In this document: positions 39,260-46,956 of the stretch, one piece after another | Position numbering within the stretch: position 1 is the first letter of the stretch | Layout of the letters: each line of letters starts with the position of its first letter | Source: Dehalococcoidia bacterium | GTDB lineage: Bacteria > Chloroflexota > Dehalococcoidia > Lucifugimonadales > UBA3495 | Direction of reading: 5' to 3' | Length of the DNA stretch: 64,000 bases | Assembly (NCBI GenBank): GCA_965232835.1 | Contig: OZ247426.1 | Location: 1,628,974-1,692,973, forward strand | Position numbers and translations under genes: made by a program | Notes under the pieces: generated by a model | Seen by the model: the letters and a program-made list of their open reading frames with translations, nothing else | Told to the model about the DNA's origin: nothing | Databases searched by the model: none

Positions 39260-40787
39260 CCTAGCAGCCTGTCCGAGAAACAGAGGCGGCCTGCAGTTTT
39301 GGGTATGATGGGATGAGCACTCAGCCAACGGAGCCGACTGATGAGCAAGACCTATCTTCCCTACGATCCCGGCCAGCAGTTGCTGCTGCCACAGGCTCTG
39401 CAGGAATGGCTGCCTGAGGATCACCTGGCCTATTTCATCTCCGACATCGTGGATCAGTTGGACATCTCGGAGATCACGGCCCGCTACGAGCAGGAGCGGC
39501 GGGGCGGGCCGCCCTACAATCCCCGGATGATGGTGAAGGTGCTGCTCTATGGCTATTGCATCGGGGTGGCGTCGTCGCGCCGCATAGCCACCAGGCTCCA
39601 TGAAGACATCGCCTTCCGGGTGCTGGCGGCCAACAACACGCCGGACTTCCGCACCATCTCGGACTTTCGCAAGGATCACCTGGCGGCGTTGTCGGGGCTG
39701 TTCTTGCAGGTGCTGATGCTGTGCTCTCAGGCGGGGCTGGTGAAGCTGGGCCATGTGGCGCTGGACGGCACCAAGGTCAGGGCCAACGCATCGAAGCACA
39801 AGGCGATGAGTTACAAGAGGATGAAAGAGAGGGAAGGGCAACTGTCGGCGGAGGTGGCGGAGTTGCTGCGCCAAGCCCAGGAGGTGGATGAGGAAGAGGA
39901 CCGCAGGTATGGCAAGGACAAGCGCGGTGATGAGTTGCCGGAGGAGTTGTCCTTCCGGGAGGGCCGGTTGGAGAAGATCCGGGAGGCCATGGCGGCGCTG
40001 GAAGCCGAGGCCCAGGCTCAGGCGGAAGCAGCCGAGGCAGCGGGCAAGGCGCATCCTGGAGTGCCTGGGGACAAGGCCCAGCGCAACTTCACCGACCCGG
40101 AGTCCCGCATCATGCCCGGGCCGGGCGGCAAGGACTTCTTGCAAGCCTACAACTGTCAGGCGGTGGTGGACCATGAGCATCAGGTGATTGTGGCAACCCG
40201 CGCCACCAATGTCGCATCGGACAAGGGGCAGGCGGTGGTGATGATCGAGGAGGCCATTGCCAACACCGGCAGGGTGCCAAAGGAAGTGTCCGCCGACGCC
40301 GGTTACTACTCTGCCCCGGCCGTGGCCGATTTACAGGCCTTGGGCACCGACCCGTACGTCGCGCCGGAAAAGACCCGCCACGGCTACCAACCGCCGCCCG
40401 CGCCCCGGGGACGCATCCCCAAGGCTCTCTCGCCCAGAGACCGGATGCGCCGCAAGTTGCAGACCAAGCGGGGTCGGCAACGTTACGCGTTGCGCATGGA
40501 GACGGTGGAGCCGGTCTTCGGGCAGATCAAGCAGGGCCGGGGGTTCCGGCAGTTCCTGCTGCGGGGATTGGAGAAGGTGCAGGGCGAGTGGTCGCTGATC
40601 TGCACCGGGCACAACCTGCTGAAGCTGTTCCGCTTCGGTGGGCTGGCTCACGGCAAAGGGTCGCCAACCCCACACCCCCGCCACCGTGTTTTTGCCGCGG
40701 CAACATTCAAGCAGAGGGACAGCGTGATCAGTCTTTTATCCACGTTGGTATCAAGCCCCGTCAGCATTCCTCGGACGGGCTGCTAGG
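39260..40787 (+). mobile_element. IS1182-family insertion sequence (1528 bp)
   Basis: Terminal inverted repeats CCTAGCAGCCTGTCCGAGAAAC (39260..) and the reverse complement of ATTCCTCGGACGGGCTGCTAGG (..40787). It contains a single intact transposase gene. Confidence 0.85.
39341..40786 (+). CDS. IS1182-family (IS5-like) DDE transposase
   Basis: MSKTYLPYDPGQQLLLPQALQEWLPEDHLAYFISDIVDQLD...GGPPYNPRMMVKVLLYGYCIGVASSRRIA...ALDGTKVRANASKHKAMSY...DAGYYS. Confidence 0.9.
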   Translation: MSKTYLPYDPGQQLLLPQALQEWLPEDHLAYFISDIVDQLDISEITARYEQERRGGPPYNPRMMVKVLLYGYCIGVASSRRIATRLHEDIAFRVLAANNTPDFRTISDFRKDHLAALSGLFLQVLMLCSQAGLVKLGHVALDGTKVRANASKHKAMSYKRMKEREGQLSAEVAELLRQAQEVDEEEDRRYGKDKRGDELPEELSFREGRLEKIREAMAALEAEAQAQAEAAEAAGKAHPGVPGDKAQRNFTDPESRIMPGPGGKDFLQAYNCQAVVDHEHQVIVATRATNVASDKGQAVVMIEEAIANTGRVPKEVSADAGYYSAPAVADLQALGTDPYVAPEKTRHGYQPPPAPRGRIPKALSPRDRMRRKLQTKRGRQRYALRMETVEPVFGQIKQGRGFRQFLLRGLEKVQGEWSLICTGHNLLKLFRFGGLAHGKGSPTPHPRHRVFAAATFKQRDSVISLLSTLVSSPVSIPRTGC

Positions 40788-41768
40788 AAATCACCGTCGA
40801 ATCCCTGGTCACTGCCCCAGCAGACCACGGTCTGGTCGATGCGGATTCCGCAGGCATGGAATCCACCAGCATTGACTGAGATGTACTCCCATGTCGGCGG
40901 GGTCGGCGCGTCCGAGAGGGAGGCCAAGGGGCCCCAGCACTCCACTTTGTTGTCATCCCTCACCCCGCAGGAGAACATAAACCCCGCACTCACCGATATG
41001 AACCGGCCTTCGGGAGGCTCCCACATGGCCTCCATCATGGCCCTTGCATTGGCAGGGATATCATCGCCCTCTATGAGCATCCTTCCCCAGCACTTCACCG
41101 CACCGTCCAGGCGTATGGCGCAGGAGTTGTGGTGTCCGGCGTCGATCTGTGAAAAGCTTCCTGGTGGAGAATCGAGAAGCCCGGTGGACTCGGTCAGGCG
41201 TTCATCCTCTGCGTGAGCGCCTCAGCAGGTGATGGTATGGTCCGCCCGCAGCCCGCAGGTATGGAACGGACCGGCGGAGACTTGGGTGAACGGAGCGCTG
41301 GAGTTCTGGCTCGGGGCTGGTGCGGGCACTGTCGAGTCTTCGGGCTGCTCCGCGACTTCTTGGAGAGGGATTAATGCCGGCATGGTCGGCGTCTGTACTT
41401 GTGCATCCTGCGTTCCGGCTGTAGACGTGGGCTCCATGGTTGGCAGTTTGGCCTGCGGGGATGCTGGTCCGATTCGGGCGTCCGGTTCGGGAGTTACTGC
41501 CTGGGCGCAACCAGTGAACACGAGTGCCACGATTGCTGCTGTGAGGCAGAGAATTGTCAGGCCGGGTCTCAGCCGTCGGCGGGAAACTGTCATCCTCTGG
41601 CTTGTCCTTTCCCTGCCAAGGTGGTTCCGTTAGTAACGGTCGTGCCCATTATGACGCAAGGGCGGGATCAACCAATGAGCCGACAAATCTCGTAATACGG
41701 TTAACAGTTCAAATCTGCTTTATATGGGCAAGCCAAGCGGGCTGAAAACCATTGAATGTCCTCAGGCG

Positions 41769-42245
41769 CTAGGCTTCGAACCGGCTCATGGTGTTGAGCA
41801 ACCTGGGGAGTCCGCGCCCAGTCCCAAAAGTGACGGCGGCTGTTGTCAGGGTTATGTCTGCTGGCAGGTAGAATATGCCGAATCCGTAGTAGCCCAATGC
41901 GCAGAATACCAGCAGTATTGCCGTGAGGCTCCAGATGACCAGCGCATTTGCGGTTCGCCTTTCCTTCCGGGTCAACATGAATAGCAGTGCCAAGGCGGTT
42001 ACGAGAACAGGGATGAACAGCGGAATCAGAACCAGATAGCCGTCGGCCTGTGTCAGGGTGACGTATTCTACGACGACCGGTCTCTCCGCTGCGCTGTTTC
42101 CGGCAAGGCCGAGCGGACCCGTCGACACGCTCCTCTGAGCGTGGGGTCGAAATACTATCCATAAGTAGGCTGCCCAACTGAGAACGTGGGAAGTAGTGGC
42201 CAAGAATAGGGCGATGTGGTTTATTCCGGCGGAAATATATTTCAT
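41769..42245 (-). CDS. hypothetical integral membrane protein
   Basis: Starting at MKYISAGINHIALFLATTSHVL, there are four hydrophobic segments. GGGAG lies upstream of the ATG at 42245. Confidence 0.45.
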   Translation of the reverse strand: MKYISAGINHIALFLATTSHVLSWAAYLWIVFRPHAQRSVSTGPLGLAGNSAAERPVVVEYVTLTQADGYLVLIPLFIPVLVTALALLFMLTRKERRTANALVIWSLTAILLVFCALGYYGFGIFYLPADITLTTAAVTFGTGRGLPRLLNTMSRFEA

Positions 42246-42759
42246 CTTTAGATTCTCCCTATTCCGAGTGGAGAGCGGTCTCCACTCCCTGTTGGAGCGA
42301 TAGTTTCCTTTGTTGATGTCCGTCTTGGCTGGCCTGCGCGCTGGTGCAGGCGTCTTCAAAAAGTAGGAGGTTGTGGTCGTTCAGCTCCCTCCTGTGGTCC
42401 CTTACTTGTAGCCAGTTTAGGGAGAATTCTTGGAGTTGCAGAGCACGCCGTCAGGGCTGTAAGGGTCATTATGGACAGGATCAGGAGCAGTTTCTGCAGG
42501 CAGGGTCTTCTTTGCTTGGTTCCGGGGCAGTTGAGATTATCCTTGTGTCTCCAGTGTAGTGGTGTATTTCCCGGTTGGGTGGGTGGGCAATGGTGTGGGT
42601 AGCTGCTGAGCTGATTTGCTGAGGTTATGGGGAACTCTCGGTCGTAGAGACAGGGGTGACGCCGCTGGCTGTCAGCGTGTCGCGGCAGAGTACGGTCTCG
42701 TCCGGGGACCATGAGAAGTTGCGGGGCTTGTAGACGACTAGGTAATCGAATGTTGATGT

Positions 42760-43425
42760 CTAATCGGAGCGTTCCCCGCGGGGGCAGGTGCCTGGGACGA
42801 ACACGGCGAGCAGCATTGGTCCGCTGAACACGGACCGACCGGCTTTCTCGTTGTAGATCTCGTAGCTACCCAGGAAGTTACCTTGGCCAACCTGAGGTTG
42901 TTCTTCCGGGTGTTGGCTTATGTCCTGCGGAGGAGGGAAAGGCCATAGCCTGACTATCTCCGAGCTCTTGGTCGACACAGAAAAGCGCAGGAAACGTATG
43001 TTTCTTATGGATGTACGAAACCGGGAACGGACGCTTCTGCAGTCGCGGCCGAGCCACTTGGGCGCGCCGTTCGTCAGCCATGGCCCGCTGCTTTCAACAG
43101 GATCATTCCACTCAACGTATATGTTGATCTGCTGAATCTGGGGGAATTCTCTGACCTCGGTGACTTCCCAGGCTTGGCCACCGCTAATCTGGTCCGCAAT
43201 GGCTGATGTTCGTACTAGGTCTACGGCGGATTGCTTCTGTGCTTCCGTGATGGGCGACTGTGAGTGGTCAGGGGACCCGGGTTGTACAGGGTAGAACTCG
43301 TCCCAGAGGCGCACGGCCAGCAGCTCCGCAGCCAGGAGGAGTAAGCCTGCGAATAGTATCAACCGCCATTTCCTGCGGATGAAAATTGTGAGGGAGGCAA
43401 CTGCCTGTTTGTGTCTCTCCAGCAT
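42760..43425 (-). CDS. hypothetical membrane-anchored or secreted protein
   Basis: 221-aa ORF with one N-terminal hydrophobic helix (WRLILFAGLLLLAAELLAV). No family recognised. Confidence 0.45.
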   Translation of the reverse strand: MLERHKQAVASLTIFIRRKWRLILFAGLLLLAAELLAVRLWDEFYPVQPGSPDHSQSPITEAQKQSAVDLVRTSAIADQISGGQAWEVTEVREFPQIQQINIYVEWNDPVESSGPWLTNGAPKWLGRDCRSVRSRFRTSIRNIRFLRFSVSTKSSEIVRLWPFPPPQDISQHPEEQPQVGQGNFLGSYEIYNEKAGRSVFSGPMLLAVFVPGTCPRGERSD

Positions 43426-44264
43426 TATTGCTGCTTAAGGAATGGGCTTAGCGGCTTCTACGTGTTGGAACGTCGGGTCCGCAATGTAGCGTCTGGTCTG
43501 AAGAGAATGGTGGGTGGAACCCAAAGGACGCGGCCCTAGCTGGCCGGGGCCTGTCGCTTTTGAGTTCGGTTGCTTGGTGTTACAACGCGTCCTGGTGGAT
43601 CCTTGGTTCATTCTTCCGTCCTGGCCATCTCTAGCCCGTAGTTTTTGCTGCGTGCTGCTTCGCCTGCCCGCCGTTTTTAGGTATATCCCTATTTGGTGTC
43701 TTCTCTCAACTCCCCCGTGTTAGACAGTCACGGTTCTTTCACGGGTTCATGTGCATATCAACCGCCTACTTGTGGTCCTTCTGGGCTATTCGTCTGGGTA
43801 GCCGCTGCGTTAACACGGTAGCTGGCGAGGTCTTGACGGCGTTCTGCTTTTGTGTCTCCGTACCATTTCTGGAGGTTGTGTTCGGTCAACTCGCCGAGAT
43901 GTCCCTATGCATCGCCTTGGCCCAGATGTAGGAGCTCCACGCCGTACCGGAGCATCAGGTCCAGCCTGTTTCTGTCATGGAAGTTGTCCCATTCTGGCGC
44001 GACCACCCTGGTGGTTTCCAGAGACGATTTCGATATTGCCACACTAGTCTGGTTTCGTCGCGAGGTTGAATGATTCCATCTCTTTGGGTTCTGTTTTCTG
44101 GTGACTGATTCCGCTCTTTTGGCCGATGTCACAGTCCTACAGTTACGCGGGGCGTCGACCACGATGATGGTAACGGTGGCTTTGCACAGCCACTTTTTTC
44201 ATTCCGGTCTATTGTGCTAGAGTTTTCTTAATCCACTAATCCAGCTCCGGTCTGTCCTGGGTTC

Positions 44265-44345
44265 CTATTCTATCTGGCCAAGGTTCACCGTGAGGTTGAA
44301 GGCGAACCAGCCGTCTCCGGTCCTGAACGCTTGCGGCTTGGCGGT
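44265..44345 (-). repeat. conserved 3'-flank element, copy C1
   Basis: Minus strand reads GCCAAGCCGCAAGCGTTCAGGACCGGAGACGGCTGGTTCGCCTTCAACCTCACGGTGAACCTTGGCCAG. It aligns with 45108..45180 and 46038..46110. Confidence 0.75.
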
Positions 44346-44575
44346 CTGGGCGTCCGTATGATCCCGAACCTGTCGGAAATAGCTCGAAGTCCGCGGTGGA
44401 GTTGTACGTGACAGGAACTTGTTCTGGGGTTCAGCTAAGTACAGGTGCTTGGAGCTAAACTCGAGAAGATTGGTGGTGGCGTGAACTGGCACTTGGGAAC
44501 CAACTTTCTCGCACCCGACGTTGTCGGCAGGGCGAGTCTTTCTGAAAGGGCAGTAATGCAATTATTGTCGGTACG

Positions 44576-44887
44576 CTATCTGCGCTTCTCGAGCGCTATC
44601 CTTTCAGCGATTCCGTAGTAGTCCCTCAGGACTACTGGGAAGCTGTCTTGGCCTCTAAGGACACTAGTTCTCCCATACATGGCTTCCCAACTGCTCTTGG
44701 TTGCCTCAAGAATTTCTTGGGTCATCTTCTGGTCTGCATCTGGGCAGATATTTCTGACAGCTCGCAGGGCGGCTTCATCCAATAAATCAGATTGTTCATC
44801 TGAGTAAGCGTCCCGACCGTCTGAAAGGAGGTCAGCAACCGCGCGATTCCAACGGTTCAATTCTTCTCCGGTACGGTTTTGGGTCAT
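44576..44887 (-). CDS. hypothetical protein (103 aa)
   Basis: MTQNRTGEELNRWNRAVADLLSDGRDAYSDEQSDLLDEAALRAVRNICPDADQKMTQEILEATKSSWEAMYG is a helical, protein-like sequence. The track start at 44977 overlaps the Uma2 fragment. Confidence 0.45.
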   Translation of the reverse strand: MTQNRTGEELNRWNRAVADLLSDGRDAYSDEQSDLLDEAALRAVRNICPDADQKMTQEILEATKSSWEAMYGRTSVLRGQDSFPVVLRDYYGIAERIALEKRR

Positions 44888-45081
44888 GTATATGCCTTCT
44901 CTGTGTGAATTTCTGTGTGGTGGTTGCCCGTCTCGTCGAACCGCCAGTATTCCGGGATTCCCAGCCCGGCGTACCACAGGCGCTTGTGGGCGGTGACGTT
45001 GTCGGCGGTCACGGCGGAGGCTACCTTCAGCGCGAAGTCCGGCGGGTTCCCGTCGGTGGTGCTGTACGTCAGCTTTCTCAA
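44884..45081 (-). pseudogene. Uma2-family endonuclease fragment (C-terminal core only)
   Basis: GNPPDFALKVASAVTADNVTAHKRLWYAGLGIPEYWRFDETGNHH aligns to the core of the two intact Uma2 genes but lacks the N- and C-terminal parts. Confidence 0.7.
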
Positions 45082-45107
45082 CAGCCTGCTTGTTGAGGCC
45101 GGTCCGC

Positions 45108-45180
45108 TACATCTGCGCCAGGTTCGCGGCCCGGCTGTGGGCGAACCGCCCGTTCCCGGTCAGGAATCATCACGGCTTGC
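45108..45180 (-). repeat. conserved 3'-flank element, copy C2 (overlaps the last codons of the GIY-YIG gene in another frame)
   Basis: Minus strand reads GCAAGCCGTGATGATTCCTGACCGGGAACGGGCGGTTCGCCCACAGCCGGGCCGCGAACCTGGCGCAG. Confidence 0.7.
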
Positions 45181-45987
45181 CGCATCCCCGCGGTTTACTC
45201 CCTCGTACTCTCTGATCTTGTCCACCACGAGGCTCAGCCACCCGGTCAGGGCGTCCAGTTGGGACTCGTCTAGCGGCAGGTCGGTCCGGCAGGAGAGGGT
45301 TTTGCCTCTGCCGGCTGGCCTGAACAGTCCCGTGTTCAGGGCCTCCTGCCTCAGAGCATCCACGACGTCGTCCGGGACGCTTGACTTGTAGGCAATTTCC
45401 CCGAACGTCGTGTACATCAGTTGGTTGTAGGAGGTGGCTGGGTACCCGTTGCAGACCGGTATCCGCCCGTTGCCCGACACGACGTTCAGAGTGAAGCTTC
45501 TTGTGGCCCATGTGACCAGCATCCCTTCCTGGCTGCCTAGGGCCAGCACTCTCCGGTAGACGGTGGCCCCGGCTTCGTTGAGGGATTCCAGGAACTCGAA
45601 CTCGTTGGTCCTAGCTTGGCGTTTCTTGTACTCCCTCGAAGCCGCTTGGTCTTCGTCCTGCAGGTCCCCCTCCCGCTCGACACTTTGCGGAGTGACGTCC
45701 CTGCCGGGCATCACTCTGAGGAGGGCTTGGACCTGTTCCGGGTCTATCTGAAAGAACTCCCGGGAGGCGTTCACCCTGTTGGGGCCGAAAGCGGTGTGGA
45801 GGGCTGTTTCTATGTCGAGAGCCCCGCTGTCTTCGATTTCGCGGGCGATGACGCACTCGAAGGGCAGCGGCACTCCGGTGGTATACAGGTCTCTCATCCG
45901 GTGCTGGACGTCGTCCCGGTCGGTCATTCCGATCTTGACCATTCCCGGCATTGCTGGATTGGTCAGGACGTAGACTATGTTTGGCAT
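45160..45987 (-). CDS. GIY-YIG nuclease-domain protein (T5orf172/MUG113 type) with uncharacterised C-terminal domain
   Basis: MPNIVYVLTNPAMPGMVKIGMTDRDDVQHRMRDLYTTGVPLPFECVIAREI...REFFQIDPEQV. Confidence 0.8.
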   Translation of the reverse strand: MPNIVYVLTNPAMPGMVKIGMTDRDDVQHRMRDLYTTGVPLPFECVIAREIEDSGALDIETALHTAFGPNRVNASREFFQIDPEQVQALLRVMPGRDVTPQSVEREGDLQDEDQAASREYKKRQARTNEFEFLESLNEAGATVYRRVLALGSQEGMLVTWATRSFTLNVVSGNGRIPVCNGYPATSYNQLMYTTFGEIAYKSSVPDDVVDALRQEALNTGLFRPAGRGKTLSCRTDLPLDESQLDALTGWLSLVVDKIREYEGVNRGDAASRDDS

Positions 45988-46037
45988 GGCATTTCTCCCG
46001 GTGGAGCGTATGGGTTGGCACCCATCCTCTCACCCCC

Positions 46038-46110
46038 CCGCCAGGTTCTCGGCCAGGTTGTAGGCGAGTCACCCGTCCCCGGTCCGGAAGGACTGCGGCT
46101 TCGCGGTTTC
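46038..46110 (-). repeat. conserved 3'-flank element, copy C3
   Basis: Minus strand reads GCGAAGCCGCAGTCCTTCCGGACCGGGGACGGGTGACTCGCCTACAACCTGGCCGAGAACCTGGCGG. Weaker similarity to the C1 copy extends about 100 nt further upstream. Confidence 0.7.
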
Positions 46111-46274
46111 GAAGTGTTGAATCAGCAGGGCGGCTGCTCTGGAGAGGGTCGAGGCGTAGAAACTAAAAGACCTAGCCGTCGCTGGTCGGGTCTTACAACG
46201 CGACGTCCTCCAATGGTACACCAGCAGGCTCGCTAGGAGGCTGCCGAATTCGCCGAACTGCGTACGCACCGCTT

Positions 46275-46535
46275 TCAGAGGAGTGTGAACCAGTAGACGG
46301 TATCCACGCCCTGACTCGGTCCTGTCTTGTTCAGAAATGTCACCCGGGCTTCCCTTTGGAACTTCTGAGTTTCCAAGACTTGGCAAATGTCGATGATGGC
46401 ATCCGAGTATTCAATAACCATCGCGTCGCGTACATTTCCTGCTCGGATACCGACGCCGATTATCCCAAGCGAGCGGGCACCCTCAACCATCTGGCAGAGA
46501 TAGCGCCGAAATTTTTCTGCGTCTCCTTCAGGCAT
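46275..46535 (-). CDS. small hypothetical protein (86 aa)
   Basis: MPEGDAEKFRRYLCQMVEGARSLGIIGVGIRAGNVRDAMVIEYSDAIIDICQVLETQKFQ... resembles a recurrent family of about 90 aa (..I.AGDVHR..G......P.VC.VL..) with unknown function. Confidence 0.5.
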   Translation of the reverse strand: MPEGDAEKFRRYLCQMVEGARSLGIIGVGIRAGNVRDAMVIEYSDAIIDICQVLETQKFQREARVTFLNKTGPSQGVDTVYWFTLL

Positions 46536-46956
46536 TTCTGCGTGACTCCCACCTCAATAATTCTTTGGTCCCATCGTCAGCTTATACCGCCGGTAATGTC
46601 AACCCTCTCCTATCCTCCCGCATTCCGCGTTGGTTCCAAATCTACTTGGCCTTTATGGGGGTCGCGACGTTCACTTGGGATTAAGTAGCCGGTCCTGCGT
46701 CTCTCGCACTGGAGACTGCGTTAGCGGCGGGGTTCGCCGCTGCGTGGTCTGGCTAGCCTGGCCGGAGCTGCGACCCTTTCGTCCTGACCTGCGCTGTCAG
46801 CCAGCCCTGCTTCGGGCAGAGGCAGCACTCCGTGCGATACTCCTGCGCTTCAGCGGGCCGTGGGAGGCCTCCCGTTTCAGTGCTGCCGTTCAGGCTGAAC
46901 ACTGAGGCCACCGGTATTCCGGTGGCCTCTTGGAACTCACCCTTCTCCGGGCCGCC

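Larger units (their letters stand above)
38809..41593 (-). pseudogene. RCC1/BLIP-II-repeat lipoprotein gene, disrupted by an IS1182 insertion and an in-frame TGA
   Basis: Lipobox LVFTGC at the N-terminus. Repeated xxHxCGxRxDGxxxCWG units run across ORFs 41222..41593, 40751..41098 and 38809..39348. The TGA at 41222..41224 sits where the Trp of a CWG motif is expected (HTITC-stop-GAH). Removing 39260..40787 restores the frame (..CWGSDQGFDGDF|QATPPDGPFEVINAGGYHTCG..). Confidence 0.8.

Noticed and set aside
41222-41224. TGA read as Trp (alternative genetic code). Two in-frame TGAs fall at positions where paralogous sequence has Trp: 41222 in the RCC1 CWG motif, and 46069 in repeat copy C3.
   Set aside because: TGA terminates many well-supported genes here (cas3, the PLD gene, the IS110 transposase, the RHH gene). 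Both cases lie in visibly decaying loci. TGG to TGA is a single transition, so nonsense mutations are the simpler explanation.
43430-44260. Gene remnants in the low-GC gap. One minus-strand frame reads ..WDNFHDRNRLDLMLRYGVELLHLGQGDA-TAG-GHLGELTEHNLQKWYGDTKAERRQDL..
   Set aside because: It is interrupted by an in-frame stop, has no start and matches no family I recognise. It is noted as probable pseudogene debris and is not a reportable feature.
44265-46110. Integron attC sites delimiting the cassette-like array.
   Set aside because: I could not find the R''/L''...L'/R' inverted-repeat organisation or GTTRRRY/RYYYAAC boxes. The elements contain direct (CCAGGTT x2) rather than inverted repeats. 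No integron integrase is present in the window.
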